Assembly: GCF_001447785.1 (NCBI RefSeq)
Contig: NW_015172007.1
Location: 366,638 to 430,637 of the forward strand
Source: Gekko japonicus
Taxonomy: Eukaryota
Length of the DNA stretch: 64,000 nucleotides
Direction: 5' to 3'
Part shown: positions 48,694-59,078 of the stretch, one piece after another
How the letters are laid out: every line of letters begins with the position of its first letter
How positions within the stretch are numbered: position 1 is the stretch's first letter
Translations under genes and position numbers: made by a program
Notes under the pieces: model-generated
Seen by the model: only the letters and a program-made list of their open reading frames with translations
Database searches by the model: none
What the model was told of the DNA's origin: nothing

Positions 48694-49045
48694 AAAGTAA
48701 AAGTAAAGGTTCCCTTGCTCGAAAGCCAGTCGAATCCGACTCTAGGGTTGCGGTGCTCATCTCCGTTTCCAAGCCGAAGAGCCAGCGCTGTCCGAAGACG
48801 TTTCCGTGGTCATGTGGCCGGCATGACTAAACACCAAGGCACACGGAACGCTGTTACCTTCCCACCGAAGTGGTCCCTATTTATCTACTTGCAATTTCTT
48901 GCTTTCGAACTGCTAGGTTGGCAGGAGCTGGAACTAGAGACAGGAGCTCACCCCGTCTTGCGGCACCCGGGTCTTGAACTGCTGAACTACTGACCTTCCA
49001 CAGCCTGCAGTTCAGTGTCTTAACCACTTGAGCTACCGCAGCCCC
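48694..49045 (-). mobile_element. Full-length Sauria SINE
   Basis: Minus strand GGGGCTGCGGTAGCTCAAGTGGTTAAGAC tRNA head, ggtaacagcgttccg...catgccggccacatgaccacgga core and (ACYTTT)n tail. Perfect 13-bp TSD ctaagatcaggta (48681-48693, 49046-49058). Confidence 0.93.
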
Positions 49046-49882
49046 CTAAGATCAGGTAGTGTATTCCATAGTTACGATAAGTCAATCCATCATTTCATAC
49101 TCATTACACAAGTTGTTTAATGTTATTGGCAGCCTTACGAGAAGATATAACCTAAGCGGTAATTGTCTGTTCTGCAGGAGACTGAGAAACTGCCCTGGGT
49201 GGATTTTTCATTGTCAAAAGTCTGTTCCTCCAGCAGCCCCATTTCATCCTGATTTTAAAACAATAGCTGTGCGCTTATGGTTTTGTTGCGTGTAAGAGCT
49301 AAAACCTAGCATAGGCATTCCATGCAGGCTTTCTCCCAATGCAATATATGTACATTTCTGTGGTTTTAGAGTGTTAGATTTTAATTAAATTGACTTTTGT
49401 ACTGATTTGTGATTACTCTTTAGCAACCTTGGACATCTTCTATGATATAAATATTTTAAATATGCAAGACTTGCACAATTTGTATAATCTACCAAACAGG
49501 GCTATCTGCCTTGTTGTGGCCTGTTTCTTCTTGTTGTTTTAATTGTTCCTCTAGTCCAGGGTAAGTAGTTAAACCAGGAGGCTTGTCAAGACAAAGAGCG
49601 TCATATTAATAAGCCACAAATTATGCATTCCTGTATTACAGATTTATTTATTTATTTATTTGAAATATTTTTAAGGTTCCTTTCTCCACATAATGAATTC
49701 AAGGTGGCTTACAAGAATATGCAAACAAGCCTACTTAACATTAAAGCAATAAAACAATAAAACCAAAAAAACCACATAAGCCCTTCACATCAGTATGATG
49801 TTAGCACATATCTTAAAAACATGACAGCGCATCACAAGCTTCTGTGGGAGCCAGTGAGAAAATCCATAATTACTAAATACTT

Positions 49883-50087
49883 TGTTTTGTTGTTGTTCAG
49901 TCGCACAGTTGAGTCCGACTCTTCGCGACCCCATCGACCAGATCACGCCAAGCCTTCCGGTCTTCCGCCGTCCTCTGAAGTTTGCTCAATTTCATGTTCG
50001 TTGCATCTATGACACTGTCTAACCATCTCATCCTTTGCCGTCCCCGTCTTCTTTGACCTTCAGTCTTTCCCAGCATCAGGGTCTTTG
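49883..50087 (-). mobile_element. BovB 3' tip
   Basis: ttgttgttcagtcgcacagttgagtccgactcttcgcgacccca...tttcccagcatcagggtct, homologous to 37990-38180. Confidence 0.9.
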
Positions 50088-50533
50088 TTATGGTAGTACA
50101 AATATACAGAGACTTCTTGGCTCAATTAGGAGCCACCTGGGAGATCTAGGGCAAAATTTTAAATGGGAAAGAAATAACAATACACTTATTTCTAGATTTG
50201 GGGCAATGTACATTACGAAGTCATTGTGTTTGTTTGGGGTAACATGAGTAGTTTTTATCAGACATTGTATAGGAGCTTTGTGCCTCCCAAATGTACACTG
50301 GCCCTTTTCTGCTCAGGACCATGGCACATAGGGAGAAGCAACTGCTGCCCCCTTCGGTGCCATCTTCATCTCCTCAAACCATTTTGTGGAGCTCTGTTGC
50401 AGAAATTACGTGTAGCCATATAAATAAGATGACAGTGTGTACACAGTAGTCAACGTGAGGCACTGAATCCAACAGAAGCCCTGAGAGTCAGCTTGGTGCA
50501 GTGGTTGAAGCGTTGGACTAGGATCCGGAAGGG

Positions 50534-51003
50534 AGTGGTGGAAAGTGCCATCAAGTCACATCTGAATTATGATAATCCTGTAGAGTTTTCAAAGCAAGCG
50601 ATGAACAGAGGTGACTCGCCATAACCTATCTCTGCATAGCGACATGGTGGTCTCCCGTCCAGACACTAAGCAAAGCTTATCCTGCTTTGCTTTTAGGGTT
50701 GCCAAGTGTTACCTTCCTCCGCAGCGGGGGACTCCCAGGCCGATCACGGAGCGCGCGCGGCGGGGCCACGACCATCCAAGGGAAAAACATAGAGTTTTCC
50801 CTCGGATGACCGTGGCCCCGCCCCCAGCGTGCCCGGCATTGTCACATCACTTCCTGGTGACATGCACGTCGGGACGGAGTCCCCCCCAGGGCCCGATCCG
50901 GTGGGGAACGGGCCTCTTGGGCAGGGGTTTCCCCGCCCCCCGGGGGGACTTGGCAAGCCTATTTGCTTTCAAGAACCAAGGAGATTGGGCTAGCACGAGC
51001 AAC
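50534..51003 (-). mobile_element. 5S rRNA-derived SINE (5S-Sauria-like)
   Basis: ggtggtctcccgtccagacactaagcaaagcttatcctgctttgcttt[MITE]caagaaccaaggagattgggc is a degraded reverse complement of the 5S rRNA internal promoter region. RTE-type tail aaagtgccatcaagtc. Confidence 0.75.
50694..50961. mobile_element. Young CpG-rich hAT MITE
   Basis: TAGGGTTGCCAAG...CTTGGCAAGCCTA and a perfect TSD TTTGCTTT. Confidence 0.93.
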
Positions 51004-52089
51004 CAGGTTCAAATCCACAAGAAGCCATGAAATTTGCTGAGTGACCTTGAGCTGGCCACTCTCTCTGAGTTCAGTTTACCTCACAGAGTTGTTGTGAGGG
51101 AAAGATGGAGGAGGAGAGACTAACATATGCTGCCTGGAGCTGCTTGGAGGAGGAGTGGGCTAAAACTGTACTACATAAATAAATCCAACCAAATAATCAT
51201 GGTAATTTTCTGAAGTCCCTTAGAGCATAAATGGATAAAAGTGGATGCCATTCTAGAAGACTTTGGATGAAAGCAAGACCAGATGCTGATGCTACATAAG
51301 GCATTGCTTCTTACCATGTGGAGACTGTTTCTGGACTGTCTGTGCTGAGGATGATGCATGCAACTCAGCAGAATGTCAGATCCTTACCAGATAATCTCTT
51401 AGTTTTACTTTCTTCAGAGGATAATTTATGGAATGTATCTTGAATTACAGGCTCAGGAAAGCCATGATTTTTCTCACTGGAGTTGGACAGGAAGGATCTT
51501 GTTGGAGAATTTATTCTGAGCTATAAAGAAAAGGCACATTAATGCATTTTGTAACCTTTGGAGAGTTGTAAAATTCCTCATAAAGTCATAAATACATAAT
51601 TGGTGGCTAAGCACTCGAGAAACAAAATCTGAGGCACTCTAAGTAACTCACTCCTTAGACGAACCATGTTGTCCTTCATAGGTGTTTCAAAGGGGGCCAG
51701 ACCTGTGCTAGGTATAGTAAAAAGAATATTTTATACGCTCTGGAGAGAAATATCACTCTTGATAGCAGATGACCCCTCCAGATAATCTGGAGAACATCTA
51801 TATCACCACAAAGAGATATGTTAATTGGGTAGAAAAATACCCCAGCCCAACAACAAAGTTCACTATTTTTAATATGATTAATGCACTTATTTTCTACCAC
51901 ATATGAAAGTGTGTTTTCAGGGTCTGAGAGCTTAGGCATTGAAGACAATGTCTATTGTCACTACACTTTTTTTAAAAAAATCATGGGACCTGATTAAAAA
52001 TACCATTTGTCATGTGGCTTTATATATTAATTTACACACAAAGTGGATCCCACTTTGAAAGACAGACTATGCGTGTCATGACATCACAA

Positions 52090-52330
52090 TAACATGAAGC
52101 ACACCTGCTACCTCTCAGCATATCACACCTAATCCAAGCACACCTGCTATTGACATTTGCCTGCTAATGTCATTTAGCATCTGAAATCACTCCACTTTCC
52201 ACTATATAGGACAGATGGACTCACATTCTAGCTGTATCTGAAGAAGAGAGCAGTAACTCACGAAAGCTATCACCCTGCCACAATTTTTTTTAAAGTCTTT
52301 AAGGTGCTACTGGGCTCTTACTCTTTTCTA
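52090..52330 (+). mobile_element. Penelope-like element 3' end with a minimal hammerhead motif
   Basis: gtatCTGAAGAagagagcagtaactcacGAAAgct followed by gtctttaaggtgctactgg. Same family as 15115-15256. Confidence 0.75.
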
Positions 52331-52923
52331 ATGAAGCACGGAAAAGCTTACTAACAGAAGCAAACTAACAGAGGAAGACAATCTCAAGCATTATGGTATG
52401 TAAAGTTGTCACAGTTCCCAAAAACTGACAAGGCTAGCTGGCGAGTCTTCTTCCGTCATCCCTTTCCTGTTTTATTCCCTCAGCCCCTCAACACATGCAG
52501 GTGTTTGTTGTGAAAGAAACTTCTCTCACTCCTTGCATATTTAAATAAGATATTTGAGCCAATCTCAGTTTTCTGGCTTTGGAGTCTAAACCATTTGTAC
52601 TACTTTATTTAAACAAAAAATAATAATCACCCAACTGGGGGAAAATTCTTTACATGCATGTGCAATAGGAAAATAGATTCCTCATATGGTGGTGTGGCTA
52701 CAATAAGAGTATTGCTGACATTGTCTTCCTAAAATATCTTAATGCTATGAAACATCATCATACCTAGCAGGGCTCCCCCCCCCTTCATGTGAACAATATA
52801 CCTCTTTGGGAATATTTATTTTCTCCTGGATCATCAATCATATTTTACATTAACAAACTGATGACAAAGATCCAGAATGGCTGACTCAAGCAGAACTGTT
52901 TACTTTTATTTATATCATACTTC

Positions 52924-53262
52924 TAGGGTTGCCAAGTAAAAAAACCTTACTGGCGGGGGAACCTCGCTGGGCTCCGGGAGCTCTCTCTGGATGCACGTGC
53001 GCGCGCCGCCAGCTCGTCACCAGAAGTGACGCGCGACATTGACCACGTTGAGGGCGTGGCCACAATCGTCGGAGGGAAAACCATAGTTTTCCCTCCGACG
53101 ATCCGGGCCATGCCCCCAACGTGGTCAATGTGCTTGCGTCACCTCTGGTGACGCAGCCACGCTGTGCTTCAGGGGGTGGAGTTCCCCCCGGGGCCCGATT
53201 CTGCAGCAGCGGAAATCGGGCCTCCAAAGCGGGGGTTTACCCACCCCCACTTGGCAGCCCTA
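52924..53262. mobile_element. Young CpG-rich hAT MITE
   Basis: TAGGGTTGCCAAG...CTTGGCAGCCCTA, TSD catacttc/cttacttc. Confidence 0.92.
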
Positions 53263-53387
53263 CTTACTTCAGTGTTTTACCCACCCTCCTCTCCTACAAG
53301 TATGTACTCTCTGTATAAAACTATGAAGGTCCTTACCATTCGTAATGTCCCTACTCTTGCCTGGAGAAGTTCCTTCTTGCATGAAGT

Positions 53388-53604
53388 TAGGGTTGCCAGC
53401 TCTAGGTTGGGAAGTTCCTGGAGATATGGAGGTACAACATGGGAAGGAGACAGTTCGGGGAAAAAGAGACCTCAGTGAGGTATAATGCCATAAAGTCTAC
53501 CCTCCAAACAGCTGTTTTCTCCTAGGACATGGATCCCTGTAGTCTGGAGATCAGTTGTAATTCTGGGAAATCTCCAGGCCCCCATATGGAGGATGGTAAC
53601 TCTG
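53388..53604 (+). mobile_element. Blackjack-like MITE, abundant older family
   Basis: TAGGGTTGCCAG start, body matches 37681-37898. Confidence 0.82.
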
Positions 53605-54077
53605 CCTGTAATACAAGTACACTCTGTACTGAAAAGTGCTACAGACTTCAGGTGAGGTCGCAGTAATCGATAGTACTTTTCAGAACACCCTTCCAAAGCC
53701 TATGGTTGATCCTGCATTAGTGTAAATAAGATGAGTAAATGCAGAAACTATCAAGGTTTGGTAAACAGCACTGTGTGTGTGTCAGGTGGTGTCTAATACT
53801 CTAAAAGGCCATTTTAAAAGGTTTTAGACATCTTCCTAAAAACTTGCAGTGTTGGGCTCTGTAAGGTGTCACCGGGTATCTAATTTCAGAGCATTATGGC
53901 CACCCCATGAACCATTTATAAGCGGATGGAATCATTGCAGTGCTTTTTTTCTAGAGGAACGCACCAGAACAGAGTTCCAGAACCTCTTTTACAAAATTAT
54001 TTTTAAAATGTTTAAATGTTCATGAGTTTTCAGTATACAGATAGAAAACTTCATTTCCCTCTTGAGAGTTCAGGTGT

Positions 54078-56625
54078 AACATAAGAACATAAGAACATAA
54101 GAACATAAGAACATAAGAACATAAGAACATAAGAACATAAGAACATAAGAGATGCCAATGTTGGATCAGGCCAAAGGCCCATCCAGTCCAACACTCTGTA
54201 TCCCACAGTGGCCAGAAATACCAGTGCCATCAGGAGGTCCACCAGTGGGGCCAGGACATTAGAAGCCCTCCCACTGTTGACCCCCCCCCAAGCACCAAGA
54301 TGACAGAGCATCACTTGCCCCAGAGTCCCTATCTATACCTTGTGGCTAATAGCCACTGATGGACCTCTGCTCCATATGCTTATCTAATTCCCTTTTGAAG
54401 CCGTCCATGCTTGTAGCTGCCACCACTTCCTGTGGCAGTGAATTCCAAGTGTTAATCACTCTTTGGGTGAAGAAGTACTTCCTTTTATCCGTTCTAACCC
54501 GACCGCTCAGCAATTTCATGGAGTGCCCACGGGTTCTTGTATTGTGAGAAAGGGAGAAAAGTACCTCTTTCTCTACCTGCTCTTTCCCATGCATAATCTT
54601 ATAAACCTCAATCATGTCACCCCTCAGTCGTCGTTTCTCCAAGCTAAAGAGCCCTAAGCGCCTTAACCGTTCCTCATAGGGAAAGTGTTCCAACCCTTTT
54701 ATCATTCGAGTTGCTCTTTTCTGCACTTTTTCCAAAGCTATAATATCCTTTTTAAGGTGTGGTGACCAGAATTGCACACAGTATTCCAGATGAGGTCGCA
54801 CCATTGATTTATATAGCGGCATTATGATATTGGCTGATCTGTTTACAATACCCTTCCTAATAATCCCCAGCATAGCATTGGCCTTCTTTATTGCAGTCAC
54901 ACACTGTCTCGACATTTTCAGTGAGTTATCTACTACAACTCCAAGATCTCTCTCTTGATCTGTCTCTGCCAGTTCAGACCCCATCAACGTGTATTTATAG
55001 TTAGGATTTTTGGCTCCAATGTGCATCACCTTGCACTTGGCCACATTGAACCCCATTTGCCATGTTGACGCCCACTCGCCCAACTTTGACAGATCCCTTT
55101 GGAGTGCCTCACAATCCTCACTGGTTTTCACCACCCTGAACAACTTCGTATCATCCGCAAATTTAGCCACTTCACTGCTTACTCCCAACTCCAAATCATT
55201 AATGAACAAGTTAAAAAGCAGTGGACCAAGTACTGATCCCTGTGGTACCCCACTGCTTACACCCCTCCACTGGGAGAACTGCCCATTTATACTCACTCTC
55301 TGTTTTCTATTAATTAGCCAGTTTTTGATCCATAAAAGGACTTGTCCTTTTATCCCATGATTTTTGAGCTTGCTTAGGAGCCTTTGATGAGGAACTTTAT
55401 CAAAAGCTTTCTGGAAGTCAAGGTAAACAATATCTATTGGATCCCCCTTGTCCACATGTTTGTTCACCCCCTCAAAGAACATTAACAGGTTAGTGAGACA
55501 AGATCTTCCCTTACAGAACCCATGTTGAGTCTGCCTCAATAGGTTTTGTTCATCTATGTGCCTACTAATTCTTTCCTTAATAATGGTTTCCACCAATTTA
55601 CCCGGTATCGACGTCAGACTGACAGGCCTGTAATTTCCCGGATCTCCTCTGGAACCCTTTTTAAAGATGGGAGTGACATTAGCTACCTTCCAGTCCTCAG
55701 GAATGGAGGCTGATTTTAAGGAGAGATTACATATTTTTGTCAGGAGATCCACAAGTTCACAATTGAGTTCTTTCAGAACTCTTGGATGTATGCCATCTGG
55801 GCCTGGTGATTTATCAGTTTTTAAGTTGTTTATCAGTTTTAGGACCTCCTCTCTCGTCACCTCAATCTGACTCAGGTCTTTCAACACCCCTCCCGAACTC
55901 AGCGGCTCTGGAGTGGGCAAGCACCTCTCATCTTCCACAGTGAAGACGGAGGCAAAAAATGCATTTAGCTTCTCAGCCATTTCCCTATCATCCTTCAGTA
56001 CTCCTTTTACCCCTTGGTCATCCAAGGGCCCCACTGCCTCCCTGGCTGGTTTCCTGTTTCTAATGTATTTGAAGAAAGTTTTATTGTTGGTCTTTACATT
56101 TTTTGCTATATGCTCCTCATATTCCCTTTTTGCCTGCCTGACCACAGACTTGCATTTTATTTGCCATAGCCTGTGTTCTGTTTTATCAGCCTCACTGTGA
56201 CTAGCTTTCCACCGCTTAAAGGAATCCTTTTTACCTTTTACAGCTTCCATTACTTTGTTTGTTAACCATGTAGGCTTTTTCTTATACCTGTTTGTGCCTT
56301 TCCTAACCTGCGGAATATATTTTTTTTGAGCTTCTAGAATTGTAGTTTTAAACAGTTTCCAAGCTTCCCCAATGGTTTTGACCCTTTCTACTTTTCCCTT
56401 CAGTTTCCTCCCCACATGTCCCCTCATATCAGAAAAATTACCCCTTTTAAAGTTAAAAGTGGTTGTGTGAGTCTTTTTGGCCAATTCTTTATTTGTACAA
56501 ATGTTGAACTCAACAACATTATGATCACTGTTCCCAAGCGGTGCAATCACTTTTACATCTCTCACCAGGTCTTGAGTGTTACTTAGGACCAAATCAAGGA
56601 TTGCCTCTCCCCTGGTAGGTTCCAG
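54078..56625 (-). mobile_element. Young 5'-truncated CR1 LINE
   Basis: Nine tandem AACATAAG tail units (54078-54149), a 3'UTR and an uninterrupted ORF2 portion. Confidence 0.98.
54346..56622 (-). CDS. CR1 ORF2 (end of APE endonuclease plus complete reverse transcriptase), N-terminally truncated
   Basis: Stop-free ~758 codons with EPTRGEAILDLVL..LGNSDH (APE C-terminus), KSPGPDG, NYRPVSLTS, YLDFQKAFDKV, GVPQGSVLGP and FADD. The first ~7 residues of the track ORF come from flanking DNA. Confidence 0.95.
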   Translation of the reverse strand, partial: EPTRGEAILDLVLSNTQDLVRDVKVIAPLGNSDHNVVEFNICTNKELAKKTHTTTFNFKRGNFSDMRGHVGRKLKGKVERVKTIGEAWKLFKTTILEAQKKYIPQVRKGTNRYKKKPTWLTNKVMEAVKGKKDSFKRWKASHSEADKTEHRLWQIKCKSVVRQAKREYEEHIAKNVKTNNKTFFKYIRNRKPAREAVGPLDDQGVKGVLKDDREMAEKLNAFFASVFTVEDERCLPTPEPLSSGGVLKDLSQIEVTREEVLKLINNLKTDKSPGPDGIHPRVLKELNCELVDLLTKICNLSLKSASIPEDWKVANVTPIFKKGSRGDPGNYRPVSLTSIPGKLVETIIKERISRHIDEQNLLRQTQHGFCKGRSCLTNLLMFFEGVNKHVDKGDPIDIVYLDFQKAFDKVPHQRLLSKLKNHGIKGQVLLWIKNWLINRKQRVSINGQFSQWRGVSSGVPQGSVLGPLLFNLFINDLELGVSSEVAKFADDTKLFRVVKTSEDCEALQRDLSKLGEWASTWQMGFNVAKCKVMHIGAKNPNYKYTLMGSELAETDQERDLGVVVDNSLKMSRQCVTAIKKANAMLGIIRKGIVNRSANIIMPLYKSMVRPHLEYCVQFWSPHLKKDIIALEKVQKRATRMIKGLEHFPYEERLRRLGLFSLEKRRLRGDMIEVYKIMHGKEQVEKEVLFSLSHNTRTRGHSMKLLSGRVRTDKRKYFFTQRVINTWNSLPQEVVAATSMDGFKRELDKHMEQRSISGY

Positions 56626-58086
56626 GGGACAGGCCAGATTCACCCCCTGGCCAGAGTAACCCCGGGGTTAACCCCCCAGGTCAGATTAACCCCCCCAGGC
56701 CTGCTTTCTGGGGCTGCTGCCCTGTCTCCCTTTTAAATTACTTCTTATCCCCAGCACCAGCAGGCCTCAGGGGTCAGATCAGGCCTGCCCAGCTCTTGGA
56801 GGAAGAGACTCTGTCCGGCCTAAGGCATGCCTGGAAAGACCAGACAGCTAGGAGAGTTATCCGGGGTTATTCTAGGCTAGGCCAGAGTAACCCTGGGGTT
56901 ACTCTGGCCGGGGGGGGGAACCGGCCTGTTACACCAGCACCCCTTACCCCCCCCCCACAAATCCATTGCTTAGTAGCATTCTTCCTAAGGCTGATCTTAA
57001 TGGGCAGCAGGAGAGACATGCTTGCTAAGAAATGCAGCAACCTGTCCATATAGAGGAAAAAATACAGTATTATAAAATATGCTTAGAAGACAATAGGACA
57101 TCTGTGCAGACACTGGGACACTGCTGTGTGCTTTTAATTAAGCTCCTGATGACTCAGTCCAAAGGAGGCAGGCAGGCTACCCTCCCTATTGTTTGTTAGA
57201 AGCTTCTAGACTTCTGTGACTAACAGAAAAAACCATCTCAGTCATGAAATTGGTATGTTAGACCCAACAAGCTGTGTCTCGAATATGAATCCTGTGCACA
57301 CAACCTACTGAACTGAAGTATGAGGAGAGAAGCATTCACAGAGCAGTTTGATATATCAGAGTATGAAAGCAATATGAAATAACTAACTACTGAATTAGTG
57401 TGTGTTTCCCTGCTGCAGTTAACTTTGCAAAACCGAGGACCATTTCACTGCATTATGTGGCCTTGGACAAGACATCTCCACAAGAAATATATATACTGAA
57501 AGTCATTAACAACCACTCTCTGCGTAATGTCCCTGAGCTGATAAATACTGTAATCAAATAATGATAAAAGCAAAGTACAGTTTGGTCTGCAGTACAAAGA
57601 ACTCTGGCATTCTACTTCAGAAAACATTCCATTCTGCCATTTCTTTTCATGGCCATCTAACATCTGTGTATCTTCTCACTGTGGCTTACTTATTTCAAAT
57701 GAGTTGATCAGGGTGTGAGTGGATAGTAAGGAAAGGAACAACTGCTAATTTTAACATTGTTGTGCAACTGAAGAGTAACCACCGTAGCACCTCAGCCAGC
57801 AGGTTGTTCTTGAGAAATGACAATGGCCAGGTGTGTGAAAAAAGAAGCCGCTTCAAGGCCATTTCACACCTGTTCCTGCTGTTGTTTTATGCCCTGGCTG
57901 CAGAGTAACACCTCCCAAACACCTGGGCCTTCAGCTTTCAGAATTCTTTCTTAAAATGGCCCCGTTCCCTTTAGTGGCTGCCCCAGGGAAAAACACACAC
58001 TTAGCTTTCTCTTAAACTATTAGAGTCGGTGCGTCCATTACGTTTTGACACATGTTCTGTTTGTTTTTTGCATGTATACTCTTGGC

Positions 58087-58421
58087 TAGGCTTGCCAAGT
58101 CCCCCCGGGGGGCGGGGAAAACCCCACCCCAGAGGCCCGTTCACCGCCGCTGGCGAATCAGGCCCTGGGGGGGAACCCCACCCCCAAAGTATGCGACGTG
58201 CACGTCACCCGGAAGTGACGCGACCACGCTGGGCACACTGGGGGCGGGGCCGTGGTCATCCGAGGAAAAACTCTGGTTTTCCCTCGGATGGTCGTGGCCC
58301 CGCCCCCAGCGTGCCCGGCATGGTCGCTTCACTTCCGGGTGACGGGGTTGCGGCGCGTGCACGCTCCAGGAACAAGCCGGGAGCCCCCAGCTCCAGCAGC
58401 AGGTAAGACTTGGCAACCCTA
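58087..58421. mobile_element. Young CpG-rich hAT MITE
   Basis: TAGGCTTGCCAAG...CTTGGCAACCCTA and a perfect TSD CTCTTGGC. Reverse homolog of 50694 and 52924. Confidence 0.94.
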
Positions 58422-58899
58422 CTCTTGGCTTATGTGGACTCACATGAAAGATCACAGCACCTATTTCCATGAATGGGAAACACAAGCAGGGGACCCTCAA
58501 GGACTCACAAGGGGCATCTAATTTTCTTCGTCACACTGTTTCCTCTTCTTCATCCCTGAAAATCCCTGCAGCCTCTCCCCTTTCCCTGCTTCCTTCTCTC
58601 CTCCTCACTCACCAGCAGCCAACCTGCATTTATCTGCTCCCTAGTCTTCAGCTTTCCTTCCTTTCTTCCGTTTGGCAGCTTCTATTTGGGAAAACTGTGG
58701 CCAAGTTGCGTGTTGAGTAACCTGCAAGGACTTGCAAAGGAGAAGGCACCCCATTCCCCCCCTGTAGCCCCTTCCCCACATTATTTCCTCTTTCACTTCT
58801 CCTGGCAACCCCCATAGCATCACCTTTCCCTGCCTCTTTCTTCCTTCCCTCCCACCAAGCAACCTACTTTTTATGACCCCCCCATCTTTAGCTTCAGAT

Positions 58900-59045
58900 T
58901 ATTTCTTTGCTTCATTTATATCCTGCATTTCTCCACAATGAGAACCCAAAGCAGCTTATGTCATTCTCCTTTCCTCTATTTTATCCTCACAACAACTCAG
59001 TGAGGTAGGTTAGGCTAAGAATATGTAACTGGCTCAAGGCACCCA
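58900..59045 (-). mobile_element. Squam3-like SINE 3' half
   Basis: ttatcctcacaacaactcagtgaggtaggttaggct core. Confidence 0.7.
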
Positions 59046-59078
59046 CACCCACAATGCCCATTTGCAAATAGAAATATC

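Larger units (their letters stand above)
50483..51185 (+). mobile_element. Squam3-like SINE split by a 5S-derived SINE and a MITE
   Basis: Head gagagtcagcttggtgcagtggtt..ggactaggatc (50483-50530) resumes at caggttcaaatcc (~51004) and runs to an (AAAT) tail. Confidence 0.75.
54075..56933. mobile_element. Non-autonomous TGT..ACA TIR element (~310 bp after removing the CR1), Ginger1-like
   Basis: Left TIR is TGTAAC (54075-54080) + AGGCCAGATTCACCCCCTGGCCAGAGTAACCCCGGGGTTA (56631 on). Right TIR revcomp is TGTAACAGGCCGGTTCCCCCCCCCGGCCAGAGTAACCCCAGGGTTA. Flanks are CAGG / CCAG. The superfamily call is inference. Confidence 0.65.
53938..56968. mobile_element. Old hAT MITE (pieces 53938-54070 and 56938-56968) acting as host of a nested insertion
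   Basis: CAGTGCTTTTTTT start. The internal motif gagttccagaacctc recurs across the insertion as gagtt[cagg/ccag]cacccc. Degenerate right end aaatccattg, no clear TSD. Confidence 0.5.

Noticed and set aside
50644-50990. 5S rRNA gene
   Set aside because: Heavily mutated, interrupted by a MITE and joined to a LINE-type tail. It is a SINE head, not a gene.
54346-56643. 765-aa RT ORF as a domesticated gene or novel retron-like system
   Set aside because: Ordinary CR1 ORF2 with its own 3'UTR and microsatellite tail. It is 5'-truncated, and the listed start is a GTG in flanking DNA.
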